A DNA stretch of 64,000 nucleotides from Tubiluchus corallicola (GCA_030141605.1 JAQGDQ010000303.1:218858-282857); one strand, 5' to 3'. Shown: positions 41,318-54,774, counted from the first letter of the stretch. Notes: generated from the sequence alone by a model not told the origin. Translations and numbers: made by a program.

Positions 41318-41717
41318 CAGGCCCTATTTTAAGGGGGGGGGGGGGAGTGGGGATACTTCCCCGGGACCTCACCCTCCAGGGGGGCCTCACGCCGAGGTAA
41401 CTTTTTTTGCTTTATGCGAACATACTGCCTCTTGTCTCCCTCTCTCTCTCTTGTCGCACGAGTGCCGTTTGCCAGTATTGGGAAGTATTAAGGACTGGTC
41501 TTGAGAATAAAGCAGTTTTTCTTTCAATTGTTCTTTGCTTTAACAACTGTATAACTCCATATTTTCTCTTCGAAAATGCTTCTCCGCGGTTCTAGCAGTT
41601 CAAAAATTTTCTGGGCGCCAATCATGGTGGCGCCCACTCCCCGGCGGTTTGAAAGGGGGGCCTCCCCCCCCCCCCCCCCCACTTCCCCGGGCCTCGCTTA
41701 GGCTGAAATAGGCCCTG
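41318..41717 (-). mobile_element. hAT-type MITE family A, reverse orientation
   Basis: TIRs CAGGCCCTATTTTA/TGAAATAGGCCCTG with a perfect 8-bp TSD TACACAAT. The body is the reverse complement of the 17128 copy with a short (CT)n. Confidence 0.92.
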
Positions 41718-42777
41718 TACACAATAACCATGAAAGACTTCTTATTACATACAAGCTTTTACGTACTGTAGCTGAACTTGTGGCAGTCATAGTTTGTATT
41801 AGCTTTAGTGAAATCAGCTCCAATATTGCCAAAGTACAGGCTCAAATCTTGCAAGAATTGCAACTAGCAGAAAACGCTAAACAGAGATTAACTCATTCCA
41901 CCAGCAAAAAAGGTACGTCAACAGGAATGTGCAGCGTCTTCATACCATAATAATCTGCATGGTCTATTAAGATATGCAGATTAAGTGCCAAGTAAGCCAA
42001 CAAGAAAAGAAACCTCTGCATGCAGGGCACATTATAGCAGACATAAATTAACATAAATCTAAAGTAAAGGCAAGTTCACAGTGTTCTTAGCAGCAGAGAA
42101 ATACAAAAGAATTTCAAGTTAGAAATGGAGCTATGTGTCAACATAAAGTGCTGATGATGACGCTGAAACAGTAACGTTTTTTTTTGGATTATTTATTCAA
42201 ACTAGTTTACTACAACCGGCCCCAGTTGAGCAACAATTTGAAATTTACCCAAGAATTTAATATCACGAAAATGTTTTTTGTTGACTTCAATAAAATCTGA
42301 AATTACTGCTGGGAATAACAAGCCATGCATAAAAAGCTCTACATGCATGGGAATAAGTCATAAATTATACTTATCTCTGCGCTTTATCATGCTCAAGAAT
42401 TTACATTGACAAAAATCGTTCGCCCGTGGGATTATGTTGATGAATTTGTGAGCGAACGATGAGATGTGTAAAGCTCTAAGCCACTGTAATTTAATATCAT
42501 TTTCTTTTTGTTGCCTGAACGCGCATTGTTCCTTTGGGTATCGGCGCGCAAGTGCAAAAATTCTACAATACGACCATCGCTTTAGAATTTCAAGCATTAT
42601 TCATCCCACATTTTATGAAAATTTATAAACAACACAACAGCTAATGTGACCGAAAAATGAGGGGAAGTTAATCTAATTGAGATTCAAGCGGTTTTCTTAC
42701 AAAATTATGAAATCACGAGAGAGTTTGTCATCAGCAAGCCTTTCAGAGGAGAGTCGGGAGACCTTCAACACGCAGAC

Positions 42778-43241
42778 GGAGGTCTACTGGATACGTAACA
42801 CAATAGCGGACAAGGTCTACTGGATACGTAACACAATAGCGGACAAGGTCTACTGGATACGTAACAATAGTGGACTACGTCTACTGGATACGTAACAATA
42901 GTGGACAACGTCTACTGGATACGTAACAATAGTGGACAAGGTCTACTGGATACGTAACAATAGTGGACAACGTCTACTGGATACGTAACATAATACTGGA
43001 CAAGGTCTACTGGATACGTAACATAATAGTGGACAAGGTCTACTGGATACGTAACAATAGTGGACAAGGTCTACTGGATACGTAACATAATAGTGGACAA
43101 GGTCTACTGGATACGTAACATAATAGTGGACAAGGTCTACTGGATACGTAACATAATACTGGACAAGGTCTACTGGATACGTAACATAATACTGGACAAG
43201 GTCTACTGGATACGTAACATAATAGTGGACAAGGTCTACTG
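42778..43241. repeat. 30/33-bp minisatellite, ~14 copies
   Basis: GGACAAGGTCTACTGGATACGTAACA(TA)ATAGT-type units. Confidence 0.97.
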
Positions 43242-44577
43242 CAACGACGTGTCTGAGAAGCAAACACTTCGAATGTCCTTTAAACAATTACAAACACAGA
43301 AAATCAACAGAACGAAATTGCAGTGCACTAAATAAATTTCAAAATTTAAAACGATTAGCAGGACACCTTTTGTTTCCTGTAACATTTAAACAAGACCCGA
43401 GCCATATTATTTAACGTATATAATCGCTCGGCGCAAAAATTGGGTTTTGTTTGGTCAATCTGGTATGACTATATCAGACGAAAAAATGGACGACAGGTGA
43501 CAGGACTAATTTTCAGGATGGCGTTGTGGGTGGTACGGGCCAATTGGTGGGACAATCCCCTAAAAGCCAAGTGCAAAGTCCACATTATCATCTGACCGCT
43601 AACCAAACTGGCCGAAAGAGCCCCATTTTTGAGCTCCGGGCTCCAGGACTAACAGGAGTGATCATGCGAACATAAAAACCGTTCAAAGCGCTTTCAACAC
43701 ATACTGAACAGCACACTTAAACAGGGGAAAGCGTAACTGTAAATATTACATATTATATCGGCAAACTCCAGACGAATCCGACCAACAGCAACAGACCTAA
43801 TTTAGTATATTACCGCAGAGCAATAGAGGCCACGCTAATCATTGTCATCACAGACAAACTGTCAACATATGCCAGCATTCATCTTTCAATCGTCAAAGAC
43901 TCAACTGAATCCAATCTCATTCGATCTCAACCACAAGCGTCCCAACCTAGAAACGCGTACGTTCGATTGTATATGACACTAATGTCCTTTGAGCAGAGCT
44001 CAGTTATGAAATTACTCCTGGAAGACGACCTGGATATAAACAATTTGTAGACTAAATTACACCACCATTACGTAATGCGTCCAAAGGGGGGGGGGGGGTG
44101 AACATTTGCAGACTTGGAGTATGCAGCGGGGCAACGTATGCATGTATGTTTATAACTAATCCAATTACTGTTGTACTAAGCTGTGCCTGATCAAATTGTA
44201 TTTAATTCCGTTGCACTATCGCGCATCAACTAAGTTTCCGCGCACATCCTCCAACTGTGTTTAAAGGAAAAGTCAAGTCTTCTGGGAGGTTAGGCTTATT
44301 TCAATGTTTGCAAAAAATGTTAGAAGGATTTAGTAATAAGCCTGCAATAAGCACCTCGTGTAACTAGTAAAATCACTTTAAAGTCGCGATCACTTTGTGC
44401 TTGCGCGCTCACATTTTCAATGCGCATTCTTCTTCCAGTGACGTCATTCGCCCTGAAGAAAAAGTAGCGCACTGTCAATCTTCGGCAAAAGCAATAAGTT
44501 TCTAGAAAAAAAGTAGATAGGTAATCTTGTAGTTTTTGCACGAACATTAGGTAAGCAGCAAAAATTAGAATTAGTTT

Positions 44578-45012
44578 AAGCAGCGCGCGTTTACGGAAAG
44601 CCACGACGTCCTTACGAAAACTCACGAAGTCTCCCAGTTACGTCACGTGAACGGGCGTGAATGAACTTCGCAAATTTCTCTGTTATATTTTCAACATGAT
44701 AAACTCAACATCCTGTGTCACTTGCTCTTTCCTCTAAACGTTGATTTTGACAGAAAAAAATTCAAAAAACATACGCAATAGTCAGGGATTGATTGATTGG
44801 TTGGTTGGTTGGTTGGTTGACCGACTGACTGACTGGCTGGCTGGCTGGCTGGCTGACTGACTGACTGACTGACTGACTGACTGACTGACTGACTGACTGA
44901 CTGAGACTGACTGACTGACTGACTGACTGACTGACTGACTGACTGACTGACTGACTGACTGACTGACTGACTGACTGACTGAGTGAGTGAGCGAGTGAGT
45001 GATTGATTGATT
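44578..45012 (+). repeat. Dispersed repeat with compound tetranucleotide microsatellite (copy 2)
   Basis: Same flank as 40163, then GATT-GGTT-GACT-GGCT-GACT-GAGT-GATT blocks. Confidence 0.85.
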
Positions 45013-45274
45013 GTGTATCTCTGCAACTAGTAATGATCCAAAAACGAGAAGGAAACGTGTCCAACACTTCCAAAGCTGTGAGAAATTGAAACGCCTCGAA
45101 AATATGCAAAAACGCAGGTCCCATAACTGTCCAGAATTCTTAGAGCTCCTAGGCGCTTACTCCAACGTCAGCGTAAAATTTTCTGCCAAGTTTCGTATAA
45201 ACTGCGACGCTCAAATTAAAGCAACGGCATTGGAGATCATGCTCGACCTATTCACCTTGCTGAATACACTTTAA

Positions 45275-45690
45275 AGGAAGACAGGATGATTTTTCATATG
45301 CTACCTCATTATCAAGTACCGTAAAAATATACGTTTTAACACCAATGATACTGCAAACGCATTTCTGATAATTCAATAATAGATTAAAATATTAATTAAC
45401 GGTTGACGAGCGCACTAAACATCACAAACGAACATAATTTTCGACAGCAAAAAACATTCCACGAGCGTGTTCCGCGTACAATATGATATTCAGTGTGTTG
45501 TACTAAAACTAGGCAAGTTTTAAGATAAAAAACTCAAATTTCAAATTAACCACTGTGCTCACGCATGAGCTCTCGAAAGTGAGCAGTATGTCACAAACGA
45601 ACACATCTAAAATGAGAGGTACAACACCTGTTTTTTGTGTAAAGCGTTTCCGATTGTTTTGACCTACAGTTTAATATTGGGTTTTGCTTT
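45275..45690 (+). mobile_element. TTAA-flanked (Kolobok-like) element or arm
   Basis: TTAA|AGGAAGACAGGATGATT... The first ~310 bp are an inverted match to 50320-50669. Confidence 0.65.
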
Positions 45691-46077
45691 AAAAGCAAAT
45701 TATCCGTGTTTGAAATAAAGGATGCTAGAATTTTTCCTGCTTATCCTGTTCTGCAAGCGTGTAATTAAATAAATGACATGTTGCACTTGTTCGATAAATG
45801 AAATTTTCCAACAAAGCAGCAAGAGAAGAACCCAGAATTACGAATTCTCGCAAAGTGAAACAATTCCATGACGACACGGGGATCGACAATTCAACGATGC
45901 ATTTCCACAGATCGTCAAGTCCCACCTGACCGAAACATAATTGTCCTGCAGCTTTGTCATTCCAGCATTTTTCTCCAAGGAACAAGGAGGAGCAGAAACA
46001 AATTTGCGCTTAATGGCTTCCCAGCTCGGGGACCACGAGTAAATGACTTTTACCTAAAGTGCAGGAGTGACGAGAAA

Positions 46078-46550
46078 TGTTTTTCAAGATATCTCAAAAC
46101 CAGAAACGAAACAAAATCAAGTTTTTCAAGATAATCTCAAAACCAGAAACGAAACAAAGTCGAGTTTTTCAAGATAATCTCAAAACCAGAAACGAAACAA
46201 AATCAACTTTTTCAAGATATCTCAAAACCAGAAACGAAACAAAATCAAGTTTTTCAAGATAATCTCAAAACCAGAAACGAAACAAAATCAAGTTTTTCAA
46301 GATACAAAATCAGAAACGAAACAAAGTCAAGTTTTTCGAGATACTCTCAAAACCAGAAACGAAACAAAATCAAGTTTTTCAAGATAGAAAATCAGAAACG
46401 AAACAAAATCAAGTTTTTCAAGATACAAAATCAGAAACGAAACAAAATCAAGTTTTTCAAGATAATCTCAAAACCAGAAACGAAACAAAGTCAAGTTTTT
46501 CAAGATCATCTCAAAACCAGAAACAAAACAAAATCAAGTTTTTCAAAACC
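46078..46550. repeat. ~41-44-bp minisatellite, ~11 copies
   Basis: TTTTTCAAGATAATCTCAAAACCAGAAACGAAACAAAATCAAG. Confidence 0.95.
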
Positions 46551-47675
46551 AAGCAACGCGAGTATTTGGAATAAGGCGACCTGATTTCCAGCAAGGGCTC
46601 CAGCAAGCAGAGTGAGGAAATCCCAGTGACAAGCCTAGATAAGCTGAAAGCCAGCAGATGAATCCATTGTAATCACGTAATCATTCACTCCTTCATGAAT
46701 GCTGACTATGAAAAGTACACGCTTGTTTTTCTAACGCCACGTGAATAAAAATGACGTCAAGCATTGAGTGAATGAATGAATAAAACGGAAGGAAGTCGCT
46801 TGCCGTTTGGAAAGTGGTCTTGTATCCAGATCTTCGGAGATGAAGCCCATTTGCACGATTTTCACGAAAAGGATAAATAGCTAATAAGATGAAGTTGAAA
46901 ATCGCACAGGAAATGACGACAGAGTCACAAGGAACGGAAGTATGATTACACGGCAAAGATACTCATGAAAAAGTCCAAGTTAGCAAAAAATAATGAACAA
47001 ATCGAAAATGAATAACTCAAACCTTCTCATGACGGGCAACAAAGTGCTCTGCTATGTTTTCTTCATGTCATTATGTCATTGGCGTAGTTTGTTATATCGT
47101 TAATTGTTATTTGTGTTATTGTTGTGTGTCATGATTTATTATATTATTTGTATTAACTTGTGATGTGTATATGAACTTTGTGAAGTTTGAAATAAAAGAT
47201 TAAATCTAAATCTAAAATCTAAATCTTCACTGGGTCAGAGACGCATTACCTCAGATAATGACTTGGTCGATTTCAGAATACGCGCGGAATAATGGCGTAC
47301 GCTCCCGCTCTTTGCAATAAATTATGAATAGCCTGACATTCGAAAAACAACAGGAATCCAATCAAACTCAACATTCATTTCACGAAGCCCAAATCAGACG
47401 TTCCATTCAGATGCACGCTACATTTAAAAAGTTTGGACAGAAGCAAGTCCGCAATTATCTGAAAACTGAATAAAATATAACATGACCACTGTATGCAGAT
47501 CATTAGACAAATTAATGCTAATTTACTGCTCGCTTTTGACGGTAAACTGCAGCTGGCTTGTAAGCATGAAAGTTTTTTGCATTACACAACTTAACAAATG
47601 CTTAAATGCTTGGAATACAGCAAAGGCTGACAAAAAGACAGTAAACACTTACAATTCGTAAGACAGGTGAATTCT

Positions 47676-48319
47676 GAGAGACTGGCTACGCAAAAGTAAC
47701 TTACGCAAAGCCATTCAAACACTCCGCGTACGGGAGAGACTAGCTACGCAAAAGTAACTTACGCAAAGCCTTTCAATCAATCCGGGTACGGGAGTGACTA
47801 GCTACACAAAAGTAACTTACGCAAGGCCATTCAAACACTCCGCGTATGGGAGAGACTAGCTACGCAAAAGTAACTTACGCAAAGCCTTTCAATCAATCCG
47901 CGTATGGGAGTGACTAGGTACGCAAAAGTAACTTACGCAAAGCCATTCAATCAATCCGCGTATGGGAGTGACTAGCTACGCAAAAGTAACTTACGCAACG
48001 CCATTCAATCAATCCGCGTATGGGAGTGACTAGCTACGCAAAAGTAACTTACGCAAAGCCATTCAATCAATCCGCGTATGGGAGTGACTAGCTACGCAAA
48101 AGTAACTTACGCAAAGCCATTCAAACAATCCGTGTATGGGAGAGACTAGCTACGCAAAAGTAACTTACGCAAAGCCATTCAATCAATCCGCAAATGGGAG
48201 TGACTAGCTACGCAAAAGTAACTTACGCAAAGCCATTCAAACACTCCACGTATGGGAGAGACTAGCTACGCAAAAGTAACTTACGCAAAGCCTTTCAATC
48301 AATCCGCGTATGGGAGTGA
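47676..48319. repeat. 58-bp minisatellite, ~11 copies
   Basis: GGGAGTGACTAGCTACGCAAAAGTAACTTACGCAAAGCCATTCAATCAATCCGCGTAT. Confidence 0.97.
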
Positions 48320-49379
48320 TGAACTTGATGCTTCTACGTCACTTCATTGTACTCAACACGCATAAGTTGACGCGTACAATCAGTAAGCAATGAGCCCGCT
48401 TAAATAACGTAGAGCATGCTTCATAAATCTGTATATAGTTTACTTATGCGATTGTTATATATGTTATGCAGATCAAACGTTTTACATTAAAATAATTACA
48501 TTTCAAATGAATCAGTCAGGCTTGTATTTGAACAAATACGCTCTACGCTGTTTTATTGCCTTCATTAAAAACGGTAGATGTATTTCATCAATTCATTTTA
48601 CTGATAGTAAGTGAAGGTTAATAAACGCAACAACAACTTCAATTTAACGAACATTGAAGACACGCCGAGCGCAAAGGCTTCATAGTTAATACGCAACTTT
48701 CTCGCGGGCAGTGGTGGCAGCACGGTACAGTCTTGAGACTAAATTGCGCGGGCACAATGACAGCACTCTGGGACTACGATCATCTTAATATGAATATTGC
48801 AGCTTTAAAAGTAAAAACGTAACACTTGCTGGTACTGCTGCTTACAGGTCAGTTAATCAAGCTTGCACATTTTGCTACGTTCTGTACGACTAGCCGTCGC
48901 TACATTGCTTACATCAACATTCAAACACACTCAAAATGAAAGTCAAACACAGCTGAAATCACTGTTGACTCGCGCGGATCAATTTGGGAACTCAAAAACA
49001 GCTCTCACTTGTGAAAATGGTTGACTTCTGTGATGTAAAAAATCAATCAGAATGAAGTGATAATCTAATTGACACGTGACATCATCTGATTGGATTATTA
49101 GCCCGAGGCGAGATGATAAGCCGATGTGATGGTGACACGTGTCAATAAGACTTGACGAATGACCTAGAAAACCCAGCTGAAAGACATTCAAAACTGGACA
49201 ATGAAATTTGATTAACTACTTATATAAAATACACTCACGATTTGTGTGGAATCGCATGTCAGCACATTGCACATAATTCCACATGTGCCGCTTGGTCACA
49301 ATATGCCGATTTGATAAAACGTAACCACAAACCCAGTATTACAGTCATTCAGCTTTTCAGTCATACTTTAGTCCAGTTT

Positions 49380-49816
49380 CAAATCAACATGATCATTACA
49401 CAAGATATTCAGTCGAAAACTATGTACTCCCCCTTCCAAAAACAAATATAATGAAACGGTCATCAAAATATAATGCTATTAAAATATGGTCATCAATGCC
49501 GCGTGAAATAAAAACTCTTAATCTCTTTCAATTTAAAAAAGCGTCAAAGAATTACCTACTACAACGGTATAATTAACTCACAATTTTACTCATCCTGATC
49601 TTAAGTTACTAACAAAACTTATTTTGTTCTAATGTACGCTATAACTGATGAAATGTAATGTTAATTGTAAATAGTTCCACTTATCTGGAGGAGGACTCGA
49701 AAGCAAAATGCTCCTTCCTCCTCCTCACAGTAACTCGCATAGTTTATTTTTTTTAATGTTATATCAATTTATATGTATGTTTGAGTTGCTGTGGAATAAA
49801 TTCATAATTCATAATT
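49380..49816 (+). mobile_element. 3' end of a second L2/Crack-like LINE
   Basis: Frame reads HDHYTRYSVENYVLPLPKTNIMKRSSKYNAIKIWSSMPREIKTLNLFQFKKASKNYLL (HxYxTR...KIWN..FKK pattern). The 3' UTR has a GGAGGAGG/CCTCCTCC hairpin, AATAAA and a (TTCATAA)2 tail. Confidence 0.7.
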
Positions 49817-50319
49817 ACAGACAAACATAAAAAAATTTTTTTTAGCAATCTTGTGTTCCTTTACTTTAGGTATGAGTATTTTAAACATCTTTGGTTAAAC
49901 TCAACTAATGTTAAAATACGCACTATGACCTTCGTTGACACGAATTCTTCCGTAAAACGTCATCAGATAACGTATAATCCAAAGAATTTACAATCTAAAA
50001 CCTTTACATGCAATTCCCTCCCTTGAAAGCTGAAAGTGTTAAAAAGTTGTAAAGGTCTGTGAGCGACCATGTTATCTCTCACATAACCCGAATGACATCA
50101 ATCACTCGGAGTCCGTCCTCTCCAGGGAGCACATCACTGTCACGGACATTTATCTCAGAAACTTTAGAACAGAGTCTAATCGGATTTTGTTGAAAAGGAG
50201 CTTTCAGGTTATGCTGGCGAATCTCTAGCGACACAGACGGGCAGAAAACAACAGAGACGGGAATACTCCAGTGAATTTGAAAAGCTGGAGAACACAGGAA
50301 TACTCCAGTGAATTTGAAA

Positions 50320-50669
50320 AGCGCGTTCGACAACTCAAATGGGAGCACAGCGGTAAATCTGAAATTTGAATTTTCATCTTAAAACTTGCGTAATTTTAGT
50401 ACAACGCAGTGAATATCTTACAGTAGCACTGTACTTAAATTTTCTCTTTCGCAAACATGCGCACCACGCTCGCGGAATGTTTTTGCTGTTGAAAATTATG
50501 TTAGTTTGTGATGTCATCAATAGTAGGACCCCCGCCGTTAATTAAAATTTTTAATCTATTATTTAATTACCAGAAACGCTTTTGCAGTATTAATTGTGTT
50601 AAAATGTATACTTTTCATCCGACTTGAAAATGGTGTAGTACAATATATGGAGAATCATCCTGTCTTCCT
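50320..50669 (-). mobile_element. Inverted copy or arm of the 45275 element
   Basis: ...AATCATCCTGTCTTCCT|TTAA. The reverse complement aligns to 45275-45585. Confidence 0.65.
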
Positions 50670-51039
50670 TTAAGCAAGAAGTTGTACTTGCAAAACGAAA
50701 CGTCATGTGTATTTATTTCGGTCATTCTCAAGAAAAGTTTAAATGGCTTCTTTAAATTCTAAGCTTTAAAAAGAAAGCACCCTTTTTCTTGGACTGCCAC
50801 ACGGCTTGCACGAGGCCAAGCGAAACAAAATGAAACAATCAGAATGATTCCACCCAGTATGTAGCTGAAAGAAAGAAAATGTGATCAGCTTGGATTTGAA
50901 CCATGAACGTTTTTAGTTAGTTGCTAATTACTTTATAACGCCACGAAAACGTTTCAAATGTTTGGCTGGCGAGTTATCAGGATTGAATCAATACATGTCC
51001 TGACCACAACAGGTTGTATGCTATGAAACTAGCAATTCA

Positions 51040-51447
51040 CAGGGCCTATTTCAGCCTAGGCGAGGCCCGGGGAAGTGGGGCGTGTGAGGCCCCATCAGGG
51101 GGTGAGCGCCGTGGGGCGGGCGCTACCATGGTTGGCACCCATAAAATTTTTGAACTGCTAGAACGCCGAAGAAGCATTTTCGAAGAGAAAATATGGAGTT
51201 ATTCAGTTGTTAAAGGAAAGAACAATTGAAAGAAAAACTGCTTTATTCTCAAGATCAGTCCTTAATACTTGTCAATATTGGCAATACTGGCGTGCGGCAA
51301 GAGAGAGAGAGAGAGAAAGAGAGAGAGAGGGAGAGAGGAGGCAGTATGTTCGCATAAAGCAAAATAAAATGTTACCTTGGCGCGAGGCCCCCCTGGAGGG
51401 TGAGGCCCGGGGAAGTAGCCGCACTTCCCCCCTTGAAATAGGCCCTG
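51040..51447 (+). mobile_element. hAT-type MITE family A
   Basis: Same TIRs, TSD GCAATTCA/GCAACTCA (7/8), ~35-bp (GA)n. Confidence 0.9.
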
Positions 51448-51828
51448 GCAACTCAGAGGGTTGTTGTATCTACTCCAGGACAGATTTTGCTGTTTTGTTT
51501 CATCAAATTTCCTTTTTTAGAAGTAAAGTTGCGTTTTTACTAATCTAATAAACGTGGGTTCATTCTAATATCTACATATCTACTCACGCGTCAAGTTTGC
51601 CTGTTGCGAACTTTCAAGCAAAAAAGCGAAATGACGAGTTTGTCGTTAAGTTAACAATGTTCTTTACGCAGTTCAATTCCTTCGTCCAAGAAAACAGAAG
51701 TCACCAATTAAAACACGTACATGAAGAAAGCGTTTTTCAATTCAGTTGAGCTTTATTGATGATGTCAAGTCGGGTTGAATCAACATGAGACGGCGTGAAT
51801 CAAAGTGACAGCTGCAAGAAACGAAACG

Positions 51829-51963
51829 TGTAGGAAAGCAACAGCAGTAACTGCATGCATGTCAAGTGATCCATGTAGGAAAGCAACAGCAGTAACTGCA
51901 TGCATGTCAAGTGATCCATGTAGGAAAGCAACAGCAGTAACTGCATGCATGTCAAGTGATCCA
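51829..51963. repeat. 45-bp perfect tandem repeat, 3 copies
   Basis: TGTAGGAAAGCAACAGCAGTAACTGCATGCATGTCAAGTGATCCA x3. Confidence 0.95.
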
Positions 51964-52816
51964 AATGAGTCACGCCTGTATGAAAGGTCATCAGACAGGT
52001 CTCAAATGAGGAATACTTCATAATTACAGGTTATAGAAACACCTGAAAATAGTTACAGTCTATTGGAAAAATGATTAAACTGCGAAACTAATATTTTGCG
52101 TCAAATGCAGGTACAGTTGCCCCAGAAAATGCAAGACAAACACTATAAATGTACACATGTTTATGTTTGGTAACTTTTATTTGCAAATATTGTTTAAGCT
52201 TTATGAGCGTATGAATTCTTTCACAATATGTTTTACAAAGTGTACTTTTGAATTGAAATGAACCAATTTACATTCCGAGAGACACCAGTGAAATGCTTAA
52301 TTACGGAAATGTTTGTAAAATGATAGAAGCAAATCTTGCTGGTGTAATTTACAATTATTGTAAATTTCTACTATAGCGTGACGTCACAGGATATGACGTC
52401 AATATGAGTAGCAAACCGATTCCACCAATGACGTATAATTAAAATACGGCCAACACTGAAGGGACAACATAACCTTTTGCCATCAAAGCAGCAGCGCCTC
52501 GGTACGCATTATTCATGAGAAACTTGTCCACTGCTCCAGTCTCCACCCAAATGAAATTTCAATTTATCAACGCGCAAGTAATTAAATTTCACTACAGCAA
52601 ATCCCCGTTTTAATCAGATCTGTTGTGTCCGCAAGAGTTGTTTTGAAAATATCGAAATAAACCATCCGATGAATAATTAATGGTATTGTGCAACAGCGCA
52701 GCTTACAATAAGTTCATTAAGAAAAATTCATTAGCCGTGCACTTTATGAGGTAAGGTGAACTTTACAGGAAAAACTCCCAGCATCATAGAGCAACAAAAT
52801 GCACTTACGACCAAAA

Positions 52817-52817
<1 letters not shown>

Positions 52818-52850
<33 letters not shown>

Positions 52851-52980
52851 GTTATTGTTATTATCATTATTATTATTATTATTACTATTATTATTATTAC
52901 TATTATTATTATTGTTATTATTATTACTATTATTATTATTGTTATTATTAGTTATTATCGTTGTTATCGTCGTTGTTGTC

Positions 52981-53043
<63 letters not shown>

Positions 53044-53053
53044 ATCGTTATCG

Positions 53054-53098
<45 letters not shown>

Positions 53099-53158
53099 CT
53101 ATTATTATTATTACTATTGTTGTTGTTGCTGTTGTTATTATTATTATTATTATTATTA
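52818..53158. repeat. Compound tri-/hexanucleotide microsatellite
   Basis: (TTA)n-(TCGTTG)n-(TCATTA)n-(TTA)n-(TTG)n-(TTA)n. Confidence 0.97.
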
Positions 53159-53982
53159 GTGGCTAAAAAAATTGCAAAATAATTTATTTTCCATTGGATC
53201 GTCTTATTTAAAACTTAGTTTTTCGTTTACACCGCGTATAAATTCTAACACTGCAAAGAATTATGTTTCCAAGTAAAAAATCATTTTTTGGGAAAAAACA
53301 GCATGCCGCTGGCACAGAACAGCTTGAAGAAAATGATGCAATCTTAAATGACACGATCATCGAGCACACGCGTAAAAAAGTTACAACGATTTCAAGCGCG
53401 TATTGTAATTTTCACGTATTTGTACAAAGAGTTGATGATCCAATCAGACAATCACACGGGAATTTTCCCTCATTCGTCAATTCTGCACATCAATCCCATT
53501 TTGCTGATTTTCACGATCACAGAAAGCCAGTGAAACTGTCAGTGGTGATTTCCACTTTCATCACCCTAACTAATTACACAATTGCTCTCTGCAGGTGTAG
53601 AAGAGTTACTCTAAACGTGGAACTTTTTGCAGGGCTAAATTTTTGCGAATTAACCTTCGGAGCCTTGACTGCTAAGGCCAGATTTTCGAACGGCCGTAAT
53701 GACATTACGCAATATGGGGTACCTTTTATTACACTCGTTTTGTGCATTTTTTATAAACATATTCCTTATTTTATTGCTACGTTTCGTATACAGTTGATCA
53801 ATCATACTTTAGGCACTTGTGGTGTTTAGTTGAAAACATACACAGATGACAGAATAAAATTCTTTTTGTCTAACAACACAAGCAGTTAACATCTAAGACT
53901 ATCTAACAAAATGAGACATCACATATGGGGTCATCTCTCCTAAAATGGCGGGTAGACCCTATGCAATGCTGAACAGTGTTAA

Positions 53983-54443
53983 CCCTTTCATACCCGTTGT
54001 ATTCCGTGGGATACGAGGTTATTTTCTGCCTTTAAAATTAATAAAATTTTAAAACTGACAGTTACTTGATCTGTTGATATTTATTTTGATTTAAGCCAAT
54101 AACAATAGACTAAAAGTGGTGATAAAATGGCAAACTAGAAAATCTACATAGCATAAAAAACTGTGCAGGGTACAGCACTTTAGAGAGGACTTTGTACAGA
54201 TCAGCATAGCATGCATACTAAATGTCTTAAATACTTAAAAAAATTATCAGCAAAAGTTGCAAAATGAAGCACATTTTATGCTTCCATTGAATCCCAATGT
54301 ATCCCGTAGGATACAAGCTATATTTAGCATGCGGGCACAGGTAGAAAAAATAATTATTATGTGTAAAAAAGATGGACATACTGAACAAAAGTACCAAGCC
54401 AAAAAAAATTTCTTATTAAACAAATAATTTGGGACTGAAAGGG
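53983..54443. mobile_element. piggyBac-type MITE
   Basis: TTAA|CCCTTTCATACC ... GGACTGAAAGGG|TTAA, with an internal repeat of GTAT(T/C)CCGT(G/A)GGATAC. Confidence 0.8.
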
Positions 54444-54727
54444 TTAAATAAAGTAACGTTTTGGTCGCATTTAGTAAGGATTTACCAGAAAGCAATGCTG
54501 CGGTCGTCTCATCAGCACAGCGTCCAATGTCTCGTCAAATTGCAAAAGGAAAGCTCAGTGTATGGTTAGGCTGGACAGCAGGTAGGATGGACAGCAGGTA
54601 GTTTCAAAACGAAATAAAAGACTGAAGTATGATCAAAATGCAAATCGTTAAAACCACTAAACGAAACAAAGTTTCATTTTATTTAATGATATGCACGCAT
54701 GTCGTACAATCAAAAATTTTGTACATG

Positions 54728-54774
54728 GTGTGTGGGGTGTGTGTGTGTGTGCGTGTGCGTGCGTGCGTGCGTGC

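Noticed and set aside
52731-53182. Poly-L/V/I/N/T ORFs
   Set aside because: Trinucleotide microsatellite.
53263-53829. 188-aa ORF
   Set aside because: No recognisable domain, splice context or coding-like composition. Likely chance or repeat-derived.
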